Source: Giardia intestinalis | Lineage: Eukaryota | Direction: 5' to 3' (one strand) | Assembly (NCBI GenBank): GCA_000002435.2 | Contig: CM018793.1 | DNA: 64,000 nucleotides | Shown: positions 55,203 through 64,000 of the stretch, piece after piece | Layout of the letters: the number at the start of each line of letters is the position of its first letter | How positions within the stretch are numbered: position 1 is the first letter of the stretch | Notes under the pieces: generated by a model | Database searches by the model: none | The model's input: the letters and a program-made list of their open reading frames with translations, nothing else | What the model was told of the DNA's origin: nothing | Made by a program: the position numbers and the translations under genes

Positions 55203-58200
55203 GTAGGCCCACACTGGACTCTGAGAAGTACACTGCTAGACAGGCTGGAGAAGCCTGAGGGGCGATAGCACCATCTTGTTATCGCTATGCAGTGCTCTGT
55301 GGGCATGCATTCAAGACATCATCCCCTGGTAGCCGGGGAGGGGACAGAGTCAGGCGGTAGTGAGCATGCCCATCAGAATGCCTCTAGGTACTGACCAGCC
55401 ACTCCCTAGAAGCGCAGATGTCTCGGCTAGGTTGCATCACATCCAGAGCAAAAGAGGAAGCTGTACTGTCCTATTTGTTTCTCAGAACAATGTGCGAATA
55501 GAAGGCGGCCCAGCGACTGATACTCTGCACCGTCCTCTTCATCCACAGCCTGAGCAGCCAGATGCCAGGCTCAATATGAAGACGGAGGCTGCGAAGAGTA
55601 AACTCACCACGGGGCCGATTGTCTGACACCAAAAAATCCGAAAGGACGACAGTAGCTGCTGTCTCCTTGAAGAGTGCATCACACACAGTATCGACCTTGG
55701 TCTCCTAGACGAACACTCTAGAACATTCTACACTAGCCCTGACTTCTGAGGCATTAAACCCTATAACTAGCACAGAGTGAGGCAACAGCATGCAGACGGT
55801 GCGTTATCTTCATAGATGTGTACTACAGCTTCCGACTGCATATGGATGTACCGAGATGGGCAGTTTGACCGGCTTACATTGGCGACTTGTCCGTCACCGT
55901 GTTTGCTGCGATGAGAAGCTGCGTCTGCCCGGCAGACTGAGCATAGATTACAGCAGCTTCTCTGCTGATGCATGTATGGCCATGCGCCGCCCTAGTAGGT
56001 GGCGTAAATACCATAATGCCTAACCTGTCTGTTGTTAGCGGAAAATAGCAGTTAGTCGTGTTAGAGATGCCTCTAAGTAAGCCTCTAGTCTTTGTGCCTA
56101 CTCCTCTACCAATTATAGTGACGACCGTATATTCAGAAAGACTACGGAACTCTCCACCGTCTCTCAAGGAGACTAACGGCTCATGCATGGGCTAGCGACG
56201 GAGGCCCATGAACTACCTACTACGAGCCTAGCTTACTGAGCAGTCTGGATCACAGTGCACTTGATAAGCATCTATGCACTCATTTGGATGCTCACTACTA
56301 ATACTGACAAGACTACAAGGAGGTTTGCTTTTGGTCACACTCCCCTCATAATGCTTAGCCCTTGGCACCACATTTCAACGAAGGAAGATGTTAGGTAGGT
56401 ACGCAAAAGGCTATTTGTGCACGGTGGTTCCTGGAGAGCAAGTTTGCACAAAGACTGTAAAGGCGACTAGCAGATCAGTGAGGTAAGCCTGACGTTATAG
56501 AGACAAGCTGTAGATCCGGATTGCAATGGGGACGCCTGTGGTGTCTCTCTGGCCTTCGAGTGTAGAAAAATCGCGAGGTCTGCAGACAGGTGAAGCTAGT
56601 TTTTGATTTATGCGCTTATAGCAGTGTAATATTTATTGGGACCTGTTTCGTCTGAGGCCGAAGACGTTTATCTTTTCTCCGTATACAAGCAAGGATCTAC
56701 TGTAGAGATATACTGTGCAGGCCAGTACCAATCGACGTGGTTGCTATTAGCAGGTGTCTCACTTGCACCTTCTCATAACGGGTAGCCATCAGCAGCGTCC
56801 TCGGCCCACGTGACATTCTAGATGCATCTCTGCCTTTGACCAAAGATTGACACACGCGTTGTGTAGTTTAGATTGCTCATCAGCCAGAGTGGCGTGGCTA
56901 CCCCTTATCCTCTACTTGTCTATCTCGTACAACCATTGCTGATGGCCTTTCCAGATTAGCATGCAAATGCTCTTATCGGTCCCACAAAGGCATACGTCAT
57001 ACAAATAATCACTACAGTCTAGGGTCCTGTCTACCAAAGAAAAGGCCAACCAGTTTACCACGTAGGCATTCATTGTGCATCTCATATAGTCTGGCAAGTC
57101 TTGTGCTCCCCAACATTCCCTCGCAAGCCCTCAGCTAAAGCCCGTATGCATATCGTTATTGACAAGCGCCTTAGCTTCATCTGGCCACTTAGGGCGTTAG
57201 ACCCTTTGCCTTGTACAATGAGTATACTCGGCGTGGGAGGTATACAATCAGCATCGGCCTTTTCTGCTCGTTGTCCGTATGATACTGTTGTTGCTTCTTG
57301 ATTCAACCAGCAACCTAGTTAATGGCTCAAGAGTAGGTGATAGCCCGCCAACGGGCAGTCAATAGTGGCCATAACGCATACCTTCACCAAGGCACAGCCT
57401 CCCTGAGCAGAGCACAAAAGTGGACCCTGCCATTCTGCGGCCCTACTATTCTCTTGAATAACAGGATCAGAGCAGCTCATGGTTAGTATTAGCTGTCTTC
57501 GGGTCTCCACCTGTCCTTATTGTCTGAGGTATGCTTGACTCCGTAGATTCGAAAGATGCTGTACTGTACTCGTACCTGCAAGCCTCAGCCAAGCAAGGCT
57601 ACCATCTTGAAGGCTTGGCAGTGATGAGCCACACAGTCGGCGGGATCTGCAGAGAGCATTCATCCCAATGAGCCTTTTACTTGTCGTATACAGGTTGTGG
57701 CTGTGACCTCATAGGCGCAGGACTTTCTGGAATAACCGGTCAACTACAGAGTCTGTCCACTCATGTAAAGCCACCTGATAGAGGGCGATATCAATCTCGT
57801 CACTCGTCTACAACATACACCAGTCGAATCTCACAGATGAACAAGGGCCACCCAGCCCGCAGCACTAGACATTAACAGATATCCTTCACGACAAAGGGGG
57901 TGAGCGACTAGTAGACCACAGCAGTCGCCTGCCCATTGAAGATCTTCCAGTCACTGACCTAGGTCAGCTTCCTACAAGATCTTGAGAGCTTTATTAGAGG
58001 TGCATGCTTATAGAATCCCCAACTCAAGGTGCATGCTGTCGGACCCTGCTATTTTTCACATCAGCTCGTAGACATCGGTTCTTTTGATCTCTAGTGGGGT
58101 CACGGGGGATCGCAAGATATGGTTCCCTCAGTAAGGCTTTATCTGACTCCTGTAGCTATATGACAGGAGGATACCGGTCTTCTATGGATTATTTAACGCA

Positions 58201-59357
58201 TGCTAAGGTGCACCAGTACAAGTCCTACAGTGTGGCATGATTCGTGAGTCAAAAGGTAGGATGCTTGGGCTGATTGGCGTGTCTCCTCGGGACCAAATAC
58301 AGCTAGGACCAAAGGTCATGAACGAATGCTATTCGATTCCCTTATCAGCAGATGGGGGTCAACTGCTCTAGTATCCACAAGAGGCTATAGAGGGTACTGG
58401 ACCAGGCATCCGGCCAATTGCTGGCAAATCAACACAACCTCCTTGGATCTCCATTCTTTCCTCACAGGCATCTACATGTAGGAAGCTCTGAGGACCTAGA
58501 GCCCTACACTAACAGGCTCAAGGTATTGCACTCCTAGGTGCTTCCATTAGTGGTGGTAGTGATAGCACCAGGATGATCCAGAAGGGGGATAGAAATCCTG
58601 CCCCGTTAGCTCAAGAAATGGCACAGTTTGAGCAGGGTTTCCTCCTTGTTTAAATTTGGGAGTACTAGCCTACGCCCTCTGACCATCTGACGCCTTATCA
58701 TGCGATGGGGAATCTTAATAGTATCCACTACAAAAAGCCAGAAATAGCACCATGCACACCCAACAAACCAGAGCGTCTCATAGGCTAATCTACACTGATT
58801 CGCACTTCCACGGACCCTAGCGACCACTGTAACCGTCTCTCGGGATCTTGCAAGGGACTGTCCTTGAGCGCGATTCCTCCATGACAACCAGAAGTCGCAG
58901 ACATAGTCCAAAGGGATGAGAATACTATAGAGGCGGAGAAGAGATCATCTGCGCACGGGGGTCCGCAGGGGCCCGACCCGCACAGGGAAGGCGTAAGAGG
59001 CCAATTCCCCAGGAATGCAGAGACATTAAGAGAGGAACCAGCAGTGGGCCCATAACACAGGGAGGTCACCCGGGCCGCCCCCTGATTGGCCACAGGGTAG
59101 AGGAGCAGCATGCGCGCGGGACAGCATTGCTACTTATTTTTGAATTTTCTGTTTCCCTGCATGTTGTGCAGGGGTCCGCGGTGGGTGCTAGACTATAGTT
59201 AGTAGATGCTTTCGGCATTAACAACTATCTCTTGTACAACAATATTATCAAAAAGGGATTTCTTTAAGCTGGCAGCATAGCAATAACCGAATGGAGCTTT
59301 TTAGCTTTGGGTATCTTTGCTAGTAGGATTCTTGATAGTGGATTAAGAAGAATCTCA

Positions 59358-60617
59358 ATGTTGCTGATAGCTTTCTATCTTGGGCTGAGCGCCCTTGCGG
59401 CACAATGTAAGCAAGTACAAAATTGTGCAGCAGGTAAGTGTGAGATGGTTGGCGGCACTGAAATTTGTACAGAATGCGCGACAAATGGAAACGTTCCTAT
59501 CAATGGGGAGTGTACACCAAAAGGTAATGCGGCTGATAAATGCAAGAAAGTTAACGGTAATGAGCTTGTTGACGATAAGACATGTGGAAAATGTGAGAAC
59601 ACATACTTCATGTACAAGGGTGGATGCTATCAACTTGGCAGTGATGTCGCACTCCTCATCTGCAACGATCAAGCTGCTTCACCTGGAGGGCGTAATGCTG
59701 TTGCTGGCGTTTGCACAGAATGTAATGCTACTGGGGGATTCTTCAAAAGCCCAGAGGCGGCCGACACGACAGATTCCTGCATATCGTGCAGTGATACAAC
59801 TGGAGTGCAGGTTAATGGCGGTAACACGTATAAAGGTATCGAGAATTGTGTAGTATGTGCAGCTCCAGAAAGAGGAACAGGTAACGAAAATAAGATTGCT
59901 GCATGTGAGTCATGTCTTGAAGGATTCTTCGTTGCATCTAACAAGGCAGTATGCACACGTTGTACTGATAATGATAATTGCGCTAAGTGTGATGCAGGCG
60001 AAAACAAGTGCACAAAATGTAAGGCAACAGCCAGCAAACCATATCTAAAAAAGGGCGAAACCGAGGACTCTAATACATGTGTTAATAGTAACGAATGTAC
60101 TACTGATAAAACTTACTTCACTGATGATACTGACGACCCTACTCATGGAAAGATGTGCAAGAAATGCTCAGAAGGGATAGCAGACTGTAAGAAATGCGCT
60201 CCATCATCACCTTCTGCTTTAGCTACAGTATCCGCAATTGTGTGCACAGAATGTACAACACAGACCAACAAACCCAATGTTGCCGGAACAGGGTGCTTCA
60301 CATGCTCCGTAGACGGATGTAGTAACTGTAGCGAGAATGACGTATGTGAAAAGTGTGGACCTAACAAGAAGGTGAGCCCCGGGAGGAAGTCATGCGTGGA
60401 TAGCTGTCCCGAGAACTCCATTGACGATAACTCTGTCTGTACATGCAGCAGTGGGTACAGCCCTGACAGCAGTGGGGCCTCCTGTGTGTCCACTGGCAGT
60501 AATAGGAGCGGGCTCTCCACGGGGGCCATAGCGGGGATCTCCGTCGCAGTCATCGTCGTCGTCGGGGGTCTCATAGGGTTCCTCTGCTGGTGGTTCGTGT
60601 GTAGGGGGAAGGCGTGA
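59358..60617 (+). CDS. variant-specific surface protein (VSP), left copy of inverted pair
   Basis: Signal peptide 'MLLIAFYLGLSALAA'. There are many CxxC motifs. The C-terminal TM 'GLSTGAIAGISVAVIVVVGGLIGFLCWWF' is followed by 'CRGKA' and a stop. AGTAAAC lies 8 nt after the stop. The track start at 59307 is a TTG, so the first ATG at 59358 is used. Confidence 0.9.
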   Translation: MLLIAFYLGLSALAAQCKQVQNCAAGKCEMVGGTEICTECATNGNVPINGECTPKGNAADKCKKVNGNELVDDKTCGKCENTYFMYKGGCYQLGSDVALLICNDQAASPGGRNAVAGVCTECNATGGFFKSPEAADTTDSCISCSDTTGVQVNGGNTYKGIENCVVCAAPERGTGNENKIAACESCLEGFFVASNKAVCTRCTDNDNCAKCDAGENKCTKCKATASKPYLKKGETEDSNTCVNSNECTTDKTYFTDDTDDPTHGKMCKKCSEGIADCKKCAPSSPSALATVSAIVCTECTTQTNKPNVAGTGCFTCSVDGCSNCSENDVCEKCGPNKKVSPGRKSCVDSCPENSIDDNSVCTCSSGYSPDSSGASCVSTGSNRSGLSTGAIAGISVAVIVVVGGLIGFLCWWFVCRGKA

Positions 60618-61148
60618 CTTAGGTAGTAAACACGTCACTGTATATGGCTTATTACGCTATTCTGCCGGGGCTATCTGAGGATCGCCCAGAGGTCGTGCGA
60701 GTGATCCTCGCTCAAGCTCTGACCAGTCTAAGGACGAGGGTTGGTCATGAATAACATGACGGAGAGCCCTCTCCAGTGACACATCCAGAATCTGGGCATT
60801 CCTCGCCGCTCCATGAGGATATGCTCTGTCTGGATGTCCATGCCGATCTATCTTGGATTCAGGCCTTCTCGCAGGCTCTCTACTCTACCCGTGGCGCCTC
60901 TCCATGGTCTTCCTTCGTGGTGGGTGAAGCTCCGGTCGCTGTTTTTTAGATGCTCCTGTCTGTCAGGGGCTGCCACCGGGCTCTCCGCTGGCTGGGCCCT
61001 CGGTGTCCGTCCGGCTGTGGCCCGGGCAGCGCTCTACGGTCGCGGTCACTTGGGTCTCAGTGGGTTCGGATGGTGGGGAGGCGAGGGGAGTTAGGGCGGT
61101 GAGGCCGGAGGGGCTGGAGGGGCTGGAGGGGCTGAGGTTGGTGGTGGT
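59872..61148. repeat. left arm of large perfect inverted repeat (VSP 3' two-thirds + 530 bp 3' flank); probably extends further left
   Basis: Coordinates x and 123872-x are reverse complements. ORF pairs 60813-61094(+)/62778-63059(-) and 60390-60638(-)/63234-63482(+) translate identically. The arms diverge at about 61148/62724. Confidence 0.85.
60625..60631 (+). promoter_or_regulatory. Giardia polyadenylation signal AGTAAAC (VSP left copy)
   Basis: 'cttaggtagtaaacacg' lies immediately 3' of the TGA stop (60615-60617). Confidence 0.7.
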
Positions 61149-63240
61149 TGTATGCGCCTCTGGTCCCTCGATAGACTGGGGTGATCGCAGCTGTGGTGAC
61201 TGGGGGCTGTCCATCTGTGACTCACCCCTCTGTGTGCTCGTGGTCTGTGAGTGCCTCCACCCAGACAACCCTCAGGAGCCGTGCACACCAGGACAGAGAG
61301 GGTGACAGAGGAGAGTCAAGCAGCCCTGCCACGAGGGTGCACAGCAGCCAGCCTGGGCTGCAGGGCCCGCTCGAGCGATGGTAGTGACAGACGACTCCCT
61401 CTGACAGCAGCCCTGGTGACTGGCACTGGTCTGCTTTCGAGGCTGAGTGACAGTGTGCACAGATGGACATGAGTGCAGGAGGACCATCCACACACGGACA
61501 GACTGTGCCCCCATACGAGAGCGCCAGGCAACCACCCGAGCACCCGAGAGGCAGCAACAGACACGGGCACTAGAGATCCCCAGCCAGACAGCTGCCATGC
61601 TCATCCATAGGGGCATCAGAGGACCAGGGGAGTCACCCTCACAATCAGGGTATGATAGGAAGCCAGAGGACTCAAACACTACAGCATAGCAGATCCAAGG
61701 GAGGCACACTCCAGCAGGCGAGCAGTGGCAGAGCCCTGATAGCTGCCAGCCCCCCATGACACCCAGGCAGGCACCAGGCTCACCGAAGGCTCTGCTGGCC
61801 TCCACCGATGATCCGAGGGGGCAGCAACCAGAGGAGTGGGGAGGCCTTCGGACACCACAAGAGGCCCGGCTGTCCAGCAGGCGATGGAGCACAGGTGGCC
61901 TCTGAGCACCATACAGGCACAGAGCCGACCATCAGAGTGATGCCCGATCAGAGACGACCACGAGCACCCTCCACCGCACTCTGAGGGGCTGTCGATCATC
62001 CCACTGCCTCTCATAGCAGACCTCCTTGAGAGCAGTGCAGTGGGTCCCAGCTCATGCACGCCTCCCCTGGCATAGGACACCCCGGCTCTCCCCGAGGGGT
62101 CATCAGAGCCACGAGAGGTGTCAAGGTCCTGGTAGATCACACCGGGAACTCCCCGAGGGCACAGCAACTGAGATATGAGTGACCCTCAGTGTGCTCCTCT
62201 CTGATGGTAGAGCATCTTGAGACCAAGGGGGTCACCTCTGCCTACGGACGACACACAGCACTCCACAACAAGGACCCACTAGGAGCAGCACAGCTGACCA
62301 CGGGGACAGTGCAGTCACCAGTGCCCCACCGTGCCAGTTTTCTGGGCCATCATACTATAGGCATGAGAGAACCCCATCCCATCCACAGGGTCATCCATGC
62401 CCCTGCTGGCCCGAGGTGAACTCCCCGTCGAGGCGCTGGACAGGGCATGCCAGGGGCTCAGCAGACCCACAGAGAGAATCAGCGAGTAGCAGGAGGGGCT
62501 GCGATGGCCTGCCTCAGCCCTCACGTACCAGCCAGACAGAGAGACAGTACTGCCTGAGGCATGCAGGGGCCAAGGGAGGCGATCAGTCAGGGGACACGAC
62601 ACGATCGTCGGTGCCTGTGTCTCGGGAGTGCAACGAAGGCTGGAGATCAGACACAGCCACCTTAGCAAACAGAGTGGGGACAACCCACCACCCCAATAGC
62701 CCACCGAACCCAGAGGCACATACAACACCACCAACCTCAGCCCCTCCAGCCCCTCCAGCCCCTCCGGCCTCACCGCCCTAACTCCCCTCGCCTCCCCACC
62801 ATCCGAACCCACTGAGACCCAAGTGACCGCGACCGTAGAGCGCTGCCCGGGCCACAGCCGGACGGACACCGAGGGCCCAGCCAGCGGAGAGCCCGGTGGC
62901 AGCCCCTGACAGACAGGAGCATCTAAAAAACAGCGACCGGAGCTTCACCCACCACGAAGGAAGACCATGGAGAGGCGCCACGGGTAGAGTAGAGAGCCTG
63001 CGAGAAGGCCTGAATCCAAGATAGATCGGCATGGACATCCAGACAGAGCATATCCTCATGGAGCGGCGAGGAATGCCCAGATTCTGGATGTGTCACTGGA
63101 GAGGGCTCTCCGTCATGTTATTCATGACCAACCCTCGTCCTTAGACTGGTCAGAGCTTGAGCGAGGATCACTCGCACGACCTCTGGGCGATCCTCAGATA
63201 GCCCCGGCAGAATAGCGTAATAAGCCATATACAGTGACGT

Positions 63241-63247
63241 GTTTACT
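63241..63247 (-). promoter_or_regulatory. Giardia polyadenylation signal AGTAAAC (VSP right copy)
   Basis: 'gtttact' on the plus strand equals AGTAAAC on the minus strand, directly 3' of the minus-strand VSP stop. Confidence 0.7.
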
Positions 63248-63254
63248 ACCTAAG

Positions 63255-64000
63255 TCACGCCTTCCCCCTACACACGAACCACCAGCAGAGGAACCCTATG
63301 AGACCCCCGACGACGACGATGACTGCGACGGAGATCCCCGCTATGGCCCCCGTGGAGAGCCCGCTCCTATTACTGCCAGTGGACACACAGGAGGCCCCAC
63401 TGCTGTCAGGGCTGTACCCACTGCTGCATGTACAGACAGAGTTATCGTCAATGGAGTTCTCGGGACAGCTATCCACGCATGACTTCCTCCCGGGGCTCAC
63501 CTTCTTGTTAGGTCCACACTTTTCACATACGTCATTCTCGCTACAGTTACTACATCCGTCTACGGAGCATGTGAAGCACCCTGTTCCGGCAACATTGGGT
63601 TTGTTGGTCTGTGTTGTACATTCTGTGCACACAATTGCGGATACTGTAGCTAAAGCAGAAGGTGATGATGGAGCGCATTTCTTACAGTCTGCTATCCCTT
63701 CTGAGCATTTCTTGCACATCTTTCCATGAGTAGGGTCGTCAGTATCATCAGTGAAGTAAGTTTTATCAGTAGTACATTCGTTACTATTAACACATGTATT
63801 AGAGTCCTCGGTTTCGCCCTTTTTTAGATATGGTTTGCTGGCTGTTGCCTTACATTTTGTGCACTTGTTTTCGCCTGCATCACACTTAGCGCAATTATCA
63901 TTATCAGTACAACGTGTGCATACTGCCTTGTTAGATGCAACGAAGAATCCTTCAAGACATGACTCACATGCAGCAATCTTATTTTCGTTACCTGTTCCTC
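63255..64000 (-). CDS. variant-specific surface protein (VSP), right inverted copy, 5' part beyond window end
   Basis: The minus-strand ORF encodes the identical C-terminal 154 aa '...GLSTGAIAGISVAVIVVVGGLIGFLCWWFVCRGKA'. The reverse complement of the last 40 nt of the window exactly matches 59872-59911 of the left copy. Confidence 0.85.
   Translation of the reverse strand, partial: GTGNENKIAACESCLEGFFVASNKAVCTRCTDNDNCAKCDAGENKCTKCKATASKPYLKKGETEDSNTCVNSNECTTDKTYFTDDTDDPTHGKMCKKCSEGIADCKKCAPSSPSALATVSAIVCTECTTQTNKPNVAGTGCFTCSVDGCSNCSENDVCEKCGPNKKVSPGRKSCVDSCPENSIDDNSVCTCSSGYSPDSSGASCVSTGSNRSGLSTGAIAGISVAVIVVVGGLIGFLCWWFVCRGKA

Larger units (their letters stand above)
62724..64000. repeat. 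right arm of large perfect inverted repeat (runs off window end)
   Basis: Reverse complement of 59872-61148, as for the left arm. It includes the (GGGGCTGGA)3 microsatellite at 61110-61136, mirrored as (TCCAGCCCC)3 at about 62736-62762. Confidence 0.85.

Noticed and set aside
58330-58370. 'ttcgattcc' T-loop-like motif suggesting a tRNA
   Set aside because: The flanking bases cannot form the T-stem ('gctat'/'cctta' are not complementary) and no acceptor or anticodon stems are evident. I could not run a proper tRNA scan.
59375-60574. Minus-strand ORFs (80-143 aa) antisense to the left VSP copy, and the 152 aa plus-strand out-of-frame ORF at 59395-59853
   Set aside because: The VSP frame is diagnostic (CxxC periodicity, TM, CRGKA). 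The others are frame artefacts.
60813-61094. Identical 93 aa ORFs at 60813-61094(+) and 62778-63059(-), and identical 82 aa ORFs at 60390-60638(-) / 63234-63482(+)
   Set aside because: Their identity simply reflects the perfect inverted repeat. They lie in 3' flanking DNA or antisense to the VSP and have no coding features.
61272-62167. Minus-strand ORFs of 206 and 162 aa (plus several 80-110 aa ORFs) in the central spacer of the VSP inverted repeat
   Set aside because: The minus strand here is strongly A-depleted, so TAA/TAG/TGA are rare and long ORFs arise by chance. Several frames are simultaneously open. There is no start context, no recognisable motifs, and a junk-like composition.

Overview
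This window is a gene-dense, intron-poor protist nuclear sequence that I attribute to Giardia intestinalis (G. lamblia). Three things support that. (1) Two complete cysteine-rich surface-protein genes end in the Giardia variant-specific surface protein (VSP) hallmark: a C-terminal transmembrane helix followed by the invariant CRGKA tail, with the Giardia poly(A) signal AGTAAAC about 10 nt after the stop. (2) Several ankyrin-repeat proteins are present, including a NEK-like ankyrin kinase, and these families are greatly expanded in Giardia. (3) The AGTAAAC signal and the mostly A/T-rich short tracts (about 15-30 bp) immediately 5' of initiator ATGs where checked match Giardia promoter and processing architecture. 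I call about 27 protein-coding genes, all as single uninterrupted ORFs on both strands. Many convergent pairs end within 0-30 bp of each other, or overlap by 4 bp. Recognisable products are: 40S ribosomal protein S2 (uS5), glycogen phosphorylase, a DEAD-box RNA helicase, a DHHC palmitoyltransferase, a Nudix hydrolase, a prefoldin-like subunit, a WD-repeat protein, an ankyrin+RING protein, a tandem B-box/coiled-coil protein, a NEK-family ankyrin pseudokinase, two type-I membrane glycoproteins, two VSPs and a third inverted VSP copy. The remaining large ORFs are lineage-specific hypothetical proteins: a Ser/Thr-rich 1279+ aa protein, a coiled-coil 1268 aa protein, and a 2729 aa giant. The accessory part is the 3' third of the window. 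A 4.6 kb ORF-free desert precedes a tail-to-tail inverted duplication of a whole VSP gene plus about 530 bp of its 3' flank. The arms are perfect and the right arm runs off the window. They surround a 1.57 kb strongly strand-skewed (T-depleted) unique centre. A second VSP locus at 26-27.6 kb carries five perfect 105 bp tandem repeats and shares a conserved ~100 bp post-poly(A) element with the other VSP locus. The ORF track uses alternative start codons; where stated I moved starts to the first in-frame ATG that has an A/T-rich upstream context. I could not search for tRNAs or small RNAs by eye, and none is claimed.
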